Assembly (NCBI RefSeq): GCF_039541115.1
Contig: NZ_BAABFP010000008.1
Span: forward strand, 62,001 to 126,000
Length of the DNA: 64,000 nt
Origin: Angustibacter luteus
Lineage (GTDB): Bacteria > Actinomycetota > Actinomycetes > Actinomycetales > Angustibacteraceae
Direction: 5' to 3'
Of this stretch, positions 37,851 to 46,897 are shown piece by piece; the stretch's first letter is position 1; each line of letters starts with the position of its first letter. The position numbers were made by a program, and so were the translations under genes. The notes below the pieces were generated by a model that made no database searches, was not told where the DNA came from, and saw only the letters and a list, made by a program, of their open reading frames with translations.

Positions 37851-39524
37851 TCAGGTCTGGGCCAGGACGTCGGCGCAGAACGCGTACAGGTCCCGGTTCT
37901 CGTGCAGCAGGTCGTCCCGGGTCATGGCGTACGGGATCCCACTGATCCCCAGGTCCTCGATGGGGATGCCGTCGGACAGCCCGGACCGGATGGCGCGGCG
38001 GATCGCCACCGTGAAGCCGACGTCGGCGGGCAGCGGGTCGAACTGGTGGTCCGTCCCGGTCAGCGCATCGCGCAGCTGGTTGCTGGTCCACACGTTGGCC
38101 CCACCGGCGCCGGTCGCCTGACCGACGCAGACGAGCGGGCCGACCTCGTTGTCCACCCAACCCGCCGAGAACAGGTCACCGGAGGAGTAGGTGTTCGCGT
38201 CCACCACCGCGACGGCCTGCCCGGGGTACGCGCGCGGCCGGTCGTTGCACCACGACGGGTCGGTGAGCGGTAGCGGCTGGGCGTACTGCTCGCCGGTCGA
38301 CACGGCGTCCTCCAGCGACTCGCTCCACGCCTGCAGCTCCAGCCGGTTGAACGGGCTCGCAGCGAGCTGTCGGGTCAACGGCGACGCGACGAGCTGGAAC
38401 CGGGTCGGCACGATCGGGTGCTCGGGCGGGTGGTCGGCGAACAGCTGCAGCATCCGCTCCGCGGCCCAGACCAGACCACCAGGGTTGCCGCGGAGGTCCA
38501 CGATGAGGCGCTGCTGCGGCAGCAGGCCCAGCAGCCGGGCCGCCTCGTCGAGGAACGCGTCGTCGTCGTCCACGTCGAAGGACCAGATGCGCAGGTACCC
38601 GAGGTCGGACGTGAGCGCCTGGGCGGCCAGCGTGTCCTGGAAGGTGGTGGTCAGCGGGGCCCGCGACCGGCCGGCGCGCAGCGCCCGCGACGGTGGCGGA
38701 ACCGGCTGCTCGTCATCCTCGCTGGCCCACAGGGTCGGGGCGAAGAGCTGTTTCTTGGCGCGTCGCACAGCCTCGGCCGCGGGGTCCGCGGCCTGCTTGG
38801 TCTGGGCCCGCGACCCCGGCTTCGCGGCAGTCGCCGCCTTTCCGGGCGCGAGCATCCGCCACGGGATGGTCAGCTCGCGCTTGGCGCCCCGTCGCGTCCG
38901 GTACCCGAGGACGACCCAGTGCTCGTCCGGCGGCGGACCGTAGTCGAGCGAGCGGAACGTCAGGCTCTCCAACGCCCTGGCCCGGCGCGAGTCGGGCCGC
39001 CCACCGGTCTCCCGGTCGGCGTAGAGCTCCACCGCCCGGGCGAACGGGATGCCGTTCCACCACTCCAGGCGCACGCCCGGCTCGAACGTCGGGTCGCCCG
39101 GGACCGCGCCGGCCGTCTTGGTGACCAGGTACTGCGGGTCGTCGTCCGGGCCGAACTGCTCGACCAGGAAGGGCAGGGCGGCCACCTGGCCGCGCAGGCT
39201 GCTCGGCCCGATGTACCGGGTGTGCGCGTCCCGCAGCCGGGTGACGACCCCGGTGACGGCGAGGTGGAACTCCGCGTCGCTGAGGTCGGAGGCCCTGCGG
39301 CGCAACAGCTCCAGCTCGTGCACCGGGTCGATCGCGTACGCGGCCCGCTTGCCCGGAAGGTGCGCGTAGGCGCCACCCAGCACGGCGATCAGGGTGTCCA
39401 GCACCGCCTGCCGCTCACCGCCGTCCAGCCGGCCGTCGTCGTCCTGGCCGGCCAGCTCCTGGGTCAGCGATCGACCACGGAGGGTGGACGAGACGTCCAG
39501 GCGCTTGCCCCACTTGCTCGCCAC
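37851..39524 (-). CDS. S41 family (tricorn/tail-specific-like) peptidase, no evident signal peptide
   Basis: LRDAHT, PDZ-like middle, GYLRIWSF, IVDLRGNPGG, YSSGDLF, VGQATGAGG; GTG 39524 one base after the upstream stop. Confidence 0.85.
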   Translation of the reverse strand: MASKWGKRLDVSSTLRGRSLTQELAGQDDDGRLDGGERQAVLDTLIAVLGGAYAHLPGKRAAYAIDPVHELELLRRRASDLSDAEFHLAVTGVVTRLRDAHTRYIGPSSLRGQVAALPFLVEQFGPDDDPQYLVTKTAGAVPGDPTFEPGVRLEWWNGIPFARAVELYADRETGGRPDSRRARALESLTFRSLDYGPPPDEHWVVLGYRTRRGAKRELTIPWRMLAPGKAATAAKPGSRAQTKQAADPAAEAVRRAKKQLFAPTLWASEDDEQPVPPPSRALRAGRSRAPLTTTFQDTLAAQALTSDLGYLRIWSFDVDDDDAFLDEAARLLGLLPQQRLIVDLRGNPGGLVWAAERMLQLFADHPPEHPIVPTRFQLVASPLTRQLAASPFNRLELQAWSESLEDAVSTGEQYAQPLPLTDPSWCNDRPRAYPGQAVAVVDANTYSSGDLFSAGWVDNEVGPLVCVGQATGAGGANVWTSNQLRDALTGTDHQFDPLPADVGFTVAIRRAIRSGLSDGIPIEDLGISGIPYAMTRDDLLHENRDLYAFCADVLAQT

Positions 39525-39525
39525 C

Positions 39526-41085
39526 TCAGCCCCCTCGCGTCGGGTAGTACCGGGACAGGTCGTCCAGCAGGCCACCGTGGAAGCCCTTGCCCACCAGGCC
39601 CTTCAGCCACTCCGCGTCGTGGGTGAGCGACTCCAGTGCCGGCACGTGCACGTCGCCCAGGTCCTTGGGCAGCCCGCCGACCGGACCCAGCCCGGTCGGC
39701 ATGTCCAGAGCCAGCCGCAGCGGCGCCTCGTCCTGGTCGAGCCGCCCGGCGAAGGCGCCGATCGTGGTCTGCGCCTTCTCGATCTCGCCCTTGGGGTCGG
39801 CGCGCACCTGCTCGATCCGAGCCACGACGTCCGCCCACTGCCAGCGGGTGGCGGTGTCGTCCGCGTGCGTGAGCTGCAGCGAACGGTCTTGTCCCGCAAC
39901 GGAGATGGTCGTGACCGGCTGGCTGGTCGCCTCCGCCATCAGCGCCGGGGTCCCGTACCGGGCCTGCCCGGCCACGACGACGAGCTCGACGTCGCGCTCG
40001 GTCGCGCCGACCACCGCGGCGTACGGGTTCGCCCGGGCGCCGGCCCTGAGGACGAGGACGTCACCGATCGCCTCGGGCTGCAACCGCCCCAGCTGGCGGC
40101 GCCACGCCCGGGCCAGCACGTCCCCCGGCGAGGACGTCATCATCGCGACCAGCTGCTCGTCGCTCAGTCCCCACCCCAGGTCGTCGCTGACCAGGCGGGC
40201 GACCTTAACCTCACCGAGGACGTGCTTGGTGCCCGAGGGCGCCCAGTCCGAGCCCAGGCAGACGGTGATCCGCTCCCGTTGCGCCGCAGGCACATCGGTG
40301 GTCCTGCCGTACAGCCACAGGTTCGAGAACGGCGACCAGGCGATGGCGCCAGCCTTGGCCCGCCACGCCTTGAACCGCGCGGGGTCGGCGGCGTTGGCGT
40401 GCACCGCGACGAATCGCGCCTGCAGGCAGCCGGCGCGCTCGGCGTCCACGAACTCCTTCGCCACCACCGAGCCCGGCTGGCCCTCGGAGCAGTGGTAGAT
40501 GAAGGCGGAGCCCTTCCGCATCCGCTGCGCCCGGGTGGCCAGCGCGGCCGGCTTGTCGGTCAGCACGCTCGCGTAGATGCGGTCGTCGTCTCCGGTGCCG
40601 AAGGTCTCGTCCTCGACGTTTCGGACGAGCCAGCCGTCCCGCGGGCGGTTCATCGGCGGCGACCCCTGGATGGTCGTGGTGCCGCCGATGATCGCCTTGG
40701 TCTCCACGTAGGCCAGCAGCTCGGCCGGGCACGCGGTGATCAGCGCGTACGCCGGCCAGGTGGTGGACGCCGAGTAGGTCGGCGCCCGGGTCCACGAGTT
40801 GTGGTGCAGGAACGGGGTGGTCTGCTTCGGCTCGGTCCACAGCGGCAACGTGTTGTAGGCCAGGTGGTTGTGCAGGTCGATGAGGCCGGGCAGGACCAGC
40901 GAGTGGCCGACGTCGACGACCTTCGCGTCGGCGAAGCCGTCGGGCGCCCGCTGCCGCGACGACGTGACCGCCGCGATCCGCCCGTCGTCCTGCAGCCACA
41001 CGGTGCCGCTGAACGCGCCGGAGCGCGCGGAGGGGACGTCGGGATGGTCGGACATCGCCAGGACGCGCCCGCGAATCGCCCACAT
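39526..41085 (-). CDS. Metal-dependent amidohydrolase (deaminase-type)
   Basis: PGLIDLHNH, YHCSEG (HxxE), VHAN, WSPFSN, LGSDW; start 41085 or 41139. Confidence 0.87.
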   Translation of the reverse strand: MWAIRGRVLAMSDHPDVPSARSGAFSGTVWLQDDGRIAAVTSSRQRAPDGFADAKVVDVGHSLVLPGLIDLHNHLAYNTLPLWTEPKQTTPFLHHNSWTRAPTYSASTTWPAYALITACPAELLAYVETKAIIGGTTTIQGSPPMNRPRDGWLVRNVEDETFGTGDDDRIYASVLTDKPAALATRAQRMRKGSAFIYHCSEGQPGSVVAKEFVDAERAGCLQARFVAVHANAADPARFKAWRAKAGAIAWSPFSNLWLYGRTTDVPAAQRERITVCLGSDWAPSGTKHVLGEVKVARLVSDDLGWGLSDEQLVAMMTSSPGDVLARAWRRQLGRLQPEAIGDVLVLRAGARANPYAAVVGATERDVELVVVAGQARYGTPALMAEATSQPVTTISVAGQDRSLQLTHADDTATRWQWADVVARIEQVRADPKGEIEKAQTTIGAFAGRLDQDEAPLRLALDMPTGLGPVGGLPKDLGDVHVPALESLTHDAEWLKGLVGKGFHGGLLDDLSRYYPTRGG

Positions 41086-41235
41086 GTGCACCACCGCACC
41101 TGTCGCGCGCAGGACCGCTAGCCCTGCGATCTTGCTCATGGTCCCGCTTCCGGTGGCCCGGCGACAGGCAAACGGCGGGACTGGGCCGGCGGCGGCTCCC
41201 AGAGACGTCTGAGAATCGGGGCGCAGGCTGCCCGG

Positions 41236-41934
41236 ATGGACACCCTGCGACACCTCGACGACCGGTTGGCCGTCGCGGTCAACGACTTCGCCCGGCACAC
41301 CGGTTGGCTGCACGGACCGGCCCTGGCCTTCGCCTCCTACGGCGTGCTGCTCTTCGCGGCGCCGCTGGTCGCCGGGGTGGTCGTTTCCCGGCACCGCGGG
41401 CCGCAGGTGCTGGCCGCGGCGGGGTGGGCGCCCCTCGGCACCCTGCTGGCCGTCGCGGTCAACCAGCCGATCGGACGCGCCGTGGCCGAGAACCGGCCGT
41501 ACGTGACGCATCCCCAGTGGCTGCGCCTGGCCGCGCGCACCAGCGACTTCTCGTTCCCCTCCGACCACGCGACCATGGCCGGCGCCGTCGTCCTGGGCCT
41601 GTGGCTGGTCTCCCGGCGGCTGGGACTCGCCGCGGCGGTGCTCGCCGTCCTGATGGCCTTCACCCGCGTCTACGTCGGGGCGCACTACCCGTGGGACGTC
41701 GTGGCCGGGCTGCTGCTCGGTGGCGCGGTCAGCGGGCTCGGCTGGCTGGTGCTGCGCGGACCCTTGACGCGGACCGCCGCCGCGCTGCGGGTCCTGCCCA
41801 GCCTGCGGGCCGTCTTCGCCGCCGATCCCGCCGCTGCAGGGAACGGTCGCCGGGGATGGCAGGATGGTCACCGTCGGACGCCGCGCGCCGACCCCCGCCC
41901 CCGTAGCTCAGGGGATAGAGCAAGGGTTTCCTAA
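41236..41934 (+). CDS. PAP2 family phosphatase; frame extends into tRNA-Arg
   Basis: RP, FSFPSDHA, TRVYVGAHYPWDV. Confidence 0.88.
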   Translation: MDTLRHLDDRLAVAVNDFARHTGWLHGPALAFASYGVLLFAAPLVAGVVVSRHRGPQVLAAAGWAPLGTLLAVAVNQPIGRAVAENRPYVTHPQWLRLAARTSDFSFPSDHATMAGAVVLGLWLVSRRLGLAAAVLAVLMAFTRVYVGAHYPWDVVAGLLLGGAVSGLGWLVLRGPLTRTAAALRVLPSLRAVFAADPAAAGNGRRGWQDGHRRTPRADPRPRSSGDRARVS

Positions 41935-41972
41935 ACCCTGTGTCGCAGGTTCGATTCCTGTCGGGGGCACCA
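41897..41972 (+). tRNA. tRNA-Arg(CCT)
   Basis: GCCCCCG/CGGGGGC acceptor, AGGGT-TT-CCT-AA-ACCCT anticodon arm, GGTTCGATTCC, encoded CCA. Confidence 0.96.
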
Positions 41973-42021
41973 GTCGAAATTCGGTCGCGAACCGCGCCGG
42001 TGGGGCCCACGATGGTCTGCG

Positions 42022-42552
42022 ATGGACATCACGATCGAGCCCGAGTGCCCCGACGACCAGGCCGAGATCCACGCCGTCGTCCGGGCCGCCTTCGACCACC
42101 ACCAGGGCGTCGCGGACATGGTGGACGCCATCCGCGTCTCGCCGAACTTCGTCCCGGACGCGTCACTGGTCGCCCGGCTGGACGGCGAGGTCGTCGGGCA
42201 CGTGATGCTCAGCTACGTGACGCTGGTGGACGGCGAGGTCCGTCACCGCGTGCTGAGCCTGTCGCCCCTCGCGGTGGCCCCCGCCGTCCAGCGGCGTGGC
42301 GTGGGCTCGGCCCTCGTACCGGCGGCGCTGGCGGTCGGCGAGGCGCGTGGTGAGCCGCTCGTCGTCCTGGAGGGGTCCCCGGTCTACTACGGGCGGTTCG
42401 GCTTCGTGGACTCCCGACCGCTCGGCATCACGCTCGACCTGCCCGACGGGGCGCCGCGCGAGGCCGGCCAGGTCTACCGGCTCACCGCGTACGACCCGAC
42501 GGTCCGCGGGCACCTCGTGTACCCGCCCGCGTTCGCCCTCGCCGACGGCTGA
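42022..42552 (+). CDS. GNAT N-acetyltransferase (YhbS-like)
   Basis: LSPLAVAPAVQRRGVGSALV, VLEGSPVYYGRFGF. Confidence 0.9.
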   Translation: MDITIEPECPDDQAEIHAVVRAAFDHHQGVADMVDAIRVSPNFVPDASLVARLDGEVVGHVMLSYVTLVDGEVRHRVLSLSPLAVAPAVQRRGVGSALVPAALAVGEARGEPLVVLEGSPVYYGRFGFVDSRPLGITLDLPDGAPREAGQVYRLTAYDPTVRGHLVYPPAFALADG

Positions 42553-42637
42553 CGCGCTCACCGGTCACCGACGGGCCACCTAGGCTGGCCCGAGTGCCCC
42601 ATCTCTGACCAGTGAGCGACGACCGGGAGACCCGACC

Positions 42638-43144
42638 ATGGACGCCGATGCCCTGCGCACGCTGCAGGCCCCGCTCAAGCAGCGCTACCGCGACGACCCG
42701 TCGACCGCCGACACCCCGCTGCACGCCAGCGCGACCTTCGACGAGGACGGCATCACCTGCACCGTGCAGACCTGGAGCGGCGAGACCCGCGCCGGACTGC
42801 ACGAGGCGACCGGTGGCGACGGCCAGGACGCGTGCTCGGGCGACATGCTGCTCGAGGCCGTGCTGGCCTGCGCCGGGGTCACGATGCGCAGCGTGGCGAC
42901 GGCACTCGGGATCCAGGTCCGCGGAGCCAGCCTGGCCGCCCAGGGCCGCTTCGACGCCCGTGGCACGCTCGGGGTCTCGCGCGAGGCGCCGGTCGGCGTC
43001 CAGGACATCCGGCTGGTCGCCGAGCTCGACACCGACGCGGACGACGAGGCGCTCGAGAAGCTGCGCACCCTGACCGAGCGCTACTGCGTGGTCGCCCAGA
43101 GCCTGGCCACCCCGCCGTCACTGACGGTGCGGCGCGCCGGCTGA
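42638..43144 (+). CDS. OsmC family protein
   Basis: CSGDMLLEAVLACAG, TERYCVV. Confidence 0.88.
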   Translation: MDADALRTLQAPLKQRYRDDPSTADTPLHASATFDEDGITCTVQTWSGETRAGLHEATGGDGQDACSGDMLLEAVLACAGVTMRSVATALGIQVRGASLAAQGRFDARGTLGVSREAPVGVQDIRLVAELDTDADDEALEKLRTLTERYCVVAQSLATPPSLTVRRAG

Positions 43145-43178
43145 GGAACCTTGGGTCAAGCCCGCCCGTTAGCCGCAC

Positions 43179-43451
43179 ATGAGCCTCAGCTGCCCGAAGT
43201 GCCAGAGCGAGATGCGTTCCTACGAGCGCAACCGCGTCCTCGTCGACCAGTGCACCGGCTGCGGCGGCCTGTTCCTGGACAAGGGTGAGCTCGAGCAGCT
43301 CGCCACCGCCGAGAACAGCTGGCACCAGGCGCAGCCGCAGCCCGTCCAGCAGCAGGGCTACCAGCAGCAGGGCTACCAGCAGCAGGGCTACCAGCAGCAG
43401 CCGTACCGCAAGAAGAAGAAGTCGTTCCTGTCCGAGCTGTTCGACGACTAG
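43179..43451 (+). CDS. zf-TFIIB-like zinc-ribbon protein with QQQGY repeats
   Basis: CPKC..DQCTGCGGLFLDKGEL..KKKSFLSELFD. Confidence 0.85.
   Translation: MSLSCPKCQSEMRSYERNRVLVDQCTGCGGLFLDKGELEQLATAENSWHQAQPQPVQQQGYQQQGYQQQGYQQQPYRKKKKSFLSELFDD
43347..43400. repeat. 15-bp perfect tandem repeat (cagcagcagggctac, 3.6 copies)
   Basis: Read directly. Confidence 0.9.
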
Positions 43452-43472
43452 CGGCGGGTGCAGGATCGGGAC

Positions 43473-44108
43473 GTGACGTTCGACGGCATCTCCCCCGCGG
43501 CCACCGAGTTCTACGCGCGGCTCGAGGCGGACAACAGCAAGGCGTTCTGGACGGCGCACAAGACCGTCTACGAGTCGCAGGTCCGCGCGCCGCTGGAGGC
43601 GCTCGCCGATGCCCTCGAGGACGAGTTCGGAGCCATCAAGCTGTTCCGCCCCTACCGGGACACCCGCTTCGCCCAGGACAAGTCGCCGTACAAGACCCAC
43701 CAGGGCGCGTTCGGCGGTCCGACCACGGGGGTCGGCTACTACCTGCAGCTGGACGCCGACGGGTTGCTTGCCGGCGGCGGGTTCCGCTCGCACTCGGCCG
43801 AGCAGGTCGCCCGGTACCGGGCAGCCGTGGACGACGACACGACCGGCGCGCAGCTGGCGGCACTCGTCGACCGCCTGCGCGCCGACGGCTTCGACATCGA
43901 GGGCGACCAGGTCAAGACCCGGCCCCGCGGCGTCCCGGCGGACCACCCCCGCCTCGACCTGATGCGCAACCGCTCGCTGATGGTGTTCCACCGGTACGGG
44001 ACGCCCGACTGGCTGGCCACTCCGCAGGCCCTCGACCACGTGCAGGCGACCTGGCGTCAGGTCCGGCCGCTCGCCGAGTGGTCCGCCGAGCACGTCGGCG
44101 CCGCCTGA
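43473..44108 (+). CDS. DUF2461 family protein
   Basis: FYARLEADNSKAFW, FRPYRDTRFAQDKSPYKT, RPRG..HPR; start 43458 or 43473. Confidence 0.88.
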   Translation: MTFDGISPAATEFYARLEADNSKAFWTAHKTVYESQVRAPLEALADALEDEFGAIKLFRPYRDTRFAQDKSPYKTHQGAFGGPTTGVGYYLQLDADGLLAGGGFRSHSAEQVARYRAAVDDDTTGAQLAALVDRLRADGFDIEGDQVKTRPRGVPADHPRLDLMRNRSLMVFHRYGTPDWLATPQALDHVQATWRQVRPLAEWSAEHVGAA

Positions 44109-44122
44109 CGCGCACGGCCCCC

Positions 44123-45568
44123 TCAGGCGGCCAGCTCGAGCTCACGGGCCTGCGCCTCCACGTGCGCCAGCACGTCTGCCCGCGCGGGCAGCAGCAGGCT
44201 GGCCAGCGCGGCGACGGCGTAGCCGACCACGGGCACCAAGCCGGCCGTGAGCATGGCGTCGCGCAGCGAGTCCGGGGTGTACGTCGTCCCGACCACGCCG
44301 AAGAACACGACGCCCACGACGGCCACCCCCAGGGCTGCGCCGACCTGCTGCACGGTGCCGTAGGCGCCCGAGGCAGCGCCGGCGTCGCCGGTGGGCACGG
44401 TGGCCAGCGCGACGTCGATCAGCGGGACCACGAGCAGCCCGAGCCCGATCCCGGCGAGCAGCAGCGGGGGCACCACGTCGAGGGTGCGCAGCCCGTCCGC
44501 CTGCGCCCGGACCACCAGCAGCGTCCAGACCACGGCGAGGGACTGCATCGCGCCGCCGGCGACCATGACCAGCTTGCCGACCTTGACCCCCAGCGGCACG
44601 GCCACGGCGACGCCCACGAAGGCGCCGAGGCTGAACGGCAGCAGCGTCAGCCCGGCGTGCATCGCGGTGAAGCCGAGCCCGGTCTGCAGGTAGATGACGG
44701 TGATGAGGGCGAACGCCGCCATGGCGCCCTGGAAGGTGGCCTGGGTGACCAGGCCGGCCGAGAAGCCGCGGTTGACGAACAGGTGCATCGGCAGCAGCGC
44801 CGACCCGTCGCCGCGCTCGCGGCGACGCTGCTGGACGACGAACACCGCCAGCAGCCCGAGACCAGCTGCTTCCATCGCCCAGATCCAGGCGGGCCAGTCC
44901 AGCTGACGGCCCTCGATGATCGGGTAGACCACACCCAGCAGCCCGGCACTGGCCAGGACGACGCCCACCAGGTCGAGGCGCAGCGGCTGCTCGGAGCGGG
45001 TGTTCGGCACGAACCGCAGGGCCAGGACCACCAGAGCCAGCCCGATCGGCAGGTTGATCAGGAAGACGCTGCGCCAGCCGATGCCGAACGCGTCGCTGCT
45101 GATCATCCAGCCGCCGAGCACCGGCCCGATCACCGCGGACAACCCCGAGACCCCACCGATGACCCCGTAGATCGGCGCGCGCTCACGCGGCGCGAACAGC
45201 GCCTGCACCGAGGACAAGGCCTGCGGCACCATCAGCGCGGCGAAGGCGCCCTGCACGACCCGGGCGCCGACCAGCACCTCGGGCGATGGCGCCACGCAGG
45301 CCAGCGCCGAGCCGACGGTGAAGCCCAGCACGCCCACCACGAAGACCCGCTGCCGACCGTAGATGTCGCCCAGCCGGCCTCCGGTGACCAGCAGCACGGC
45401 GAACGCCAGCAGGTAGCCGCCGACGGTCCACTCCAGCGCGGCGGGTGTGGCGTGCAGGTCGGCCTGCAGGCTCGGCAGGGCGACGTTGACGATGGTCGCG
45501 TCCATCAGGTCCATGAAGGACGCGAAGATGAGCACCCCGATCGCCAGCCCTCGGCTTCGTCCCATCAC
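44123..45568 (-). CDS. MFS DHA2 (EmrB/QacA-like) transporter
   Basis: DATIVNVALPS, GGRLGDIYGR, WRSVFLINLP. Confidence 0.92.
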   Translation of the reverse strand: MMGRSRGLAIGVLIFASFMDLMDATIVNVALPSLQADLHATPAALEWTVGGYLLAFAVLLVTGGRLGDIYGRQRVFVVGVLGFTVGSALACVAPSPEVLVGARVVQGAFAALMVPQALSSVQALFAPRERAPIYGVIGGVSGLSAVIGPVLGGWMISSDAFGIGWRSVFLINLPIGLALVVLALRFVPNTRSEQPLRLDLVGVVLASAGLLGVVYPIIEGRQLDWPAWIWAMEAAGLGLLAVFVVQQRRRERGDGSALLPMHLFVNRGFSAGLVTQATFQGAMAAFALITVIYLQTGLGFTAMHAGLTLLPFSLGAFVGVAVAVPLGVKVGKLVMVAGGAMQSLAVVWTLLVVRAQADGLRTLDVVPPLLLAGIGLGLLVVPLIDVALATVPTGDAGAASGAYGTVQQVGAALGVAVVGVVFFGVVGTTYTPDSLRDAMLTAGLVPVVGYAVAALASLLLPARADVLAHVEAQARELELAA

Positions 45569-45604
45569 GTCGTCCTCTCGCCTGCGTTACCCTGGAAGGC
45601 GGGA

Positions 45605-45653
45605 AAGTCCCACTCAGGGACTTCTCCACATCGGAATCTTTCCGATGTGGAGA
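45605..45653. promoter_or_regulatory. Two adjacent inverted repeats between divergent MFS and MarR genes
   Basis: AAGTCCC-N5-GGGACTT (45605-45623) and TCTCCACATCGGAA-N3-TTCCGATGTGGAGA (45623-45653). Confidence 0.7.
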
Positions 45654-45676
45654 GATCGTAGGGAAGGGCGGCCAGG

Positions 45677-46117
45677 TTGTCCAGTCCGTCACCGCGCGCC
45701 GAGGCCACCGAGCGCATCGCCCTGCACATGCAGGAGGTGATCGCCGCGGCCGTCCTCACCAATGAGCGGATCGCGCGGCTGATCGGACTCAACGTCGTGG
45801 ACTTCCAGACCTTCGGTGTCCTGCTGCGCCAGGGCTCGCCGATGACGCCCGGCGAGGTCAGCGCGGCCACCGCGCTGCCGTCCAGCACCACCACCCGGGT
45901 GCTCGACCGACTCGAGGCGAAGGGCATGGTGCGCCGCGAGGCCGACCCGGACGACCGGCGCAAGGTGCTGGTGCACGCACTGCCGTTCGAGGACGCCCAG
46001 GTAGGGCAGGCCTACGGCCAGATCATGAAGGAGATGGCCGAGGTGCACGAGGGCTTCAGCCTGGCCGAGCTCGCGATCGTCGAGCGCTACCTCGCGTCCA
46101 TCACGTCGATCCGCTAG
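45677..46117 (+). CDS. MarR family regulator
   Basis: TTRVLDRLEAKGMVRREADPDDRRKV. Confidence 0.9.
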   Translation: MSSPSPRAEATERIALHMQEVIAAAVLTNERIARLIGLNVVDFQTFGVLLRQGSPMTPGEVSAATALPSSTTTRVLDRLEAKGMVRREADPDDRRKVLVHALPFEDAQVGQAYGQIMKEMAEVHEGFSLAELAIVERYLASITSIR

Positions 46118-46845
46118 CAGCCCTCGGGCCCGCACACCTCGGCCTCGGACGACGCGTCGGACGCGACGACGCCCAGCGGGCTGACCAGCGCGGGCCGGCG
46201 CTCGTCCCAGGCCTGCTTGAGCGCCTGCTCGAACAGCTCGGCAGGCTGCGCGCCGCTCACCCCGTACTTGCGGTCGATCACGAAGAACGGCACGCCGTTC
46301 GCGCCCAGGGCGGCCGCCTCAGCGGCGTCGGCGTCGACGTCCGCGGCGAACTCCTGCGACGCGAGCACCGCGCGCACCCGCTCGGCCGGCAGCCCGACGT
46401 CGGTGCCCAGCGTCGCGAGCACCTCGTGGTCCCCGACGTCGAGCGTCTCGACGAAGTAGGCCGACAGCAGCCGCTCCTTCAACGCGTCCTGAGCGCCCGG
46501 CGCGCCCTCGGCGTGGGCCAGGTGCAGCAGCCGGTGCGCGTCCACGGTGTTCACGAGCTTCGCGTCGTCCAGGTGGTAGTCGAGCCCGTCCTGGGCGGCG
46601 ACCTCGCTGACCCGGGCGTTCATCGCCAGCCCGTTCTCGCGGCCGCCGCCGTACTTGCGTCCCAGGTGCGTCGCGACGTCCTCGGTCGACACCCGGGGCG
46701 CGGTCGGGTCCAGCTGGAAGGACCGCCAGGTGACCTCGACCGGGACGCCGGACGTCACCGCCGCGGCCTCGAACCGGCGCTTGCCGATGTAGCACCAGGG
46801 GCACACCACGTCCGACCAGATCTCGACCTGCAGCGCTTCGCTCAT
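46114..46845 (-). CDS. FrnE-like DsbA family oxidoreductase
   Basis: WSDVVCPWCYIG, GVPFFVID..GAQP, C-terminal CGPEGC. Confidence 0.92.
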   Translation of the reverse strand: MSEALQVEIWSDVVCPWCYIGKRRFEAAAVTSGVPVEVTWRSFQLDPTAPRVSTEDVATHLGRKYGGGRENGLAMNARVSEVAAQDGLDYHLDDAKLVNTVDAHRLLHLAHAEGAPGAQDALKERLLSAYFVETLDVGDHEVLATLGTDVGLPAERVRAVLASQEFAADVDADAAEAAALGANGVPFFVIDRKYGVSGAQPAELFEQALKQAWDERRPALVSPLGVVASDASSEAEVCGPEGC

Positions 46846-46897
46846 GCTGGGGCCAACGCCGCCGGGCGCCCCGGTTACTCCCCCGACCTGGTGTGAT

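Noticed and set aside
39526..41871. 781-aa extended amidohydrolase
   Set aside because: The extension is antisense to the PAP2 gene; the real start is near 41085-41139.
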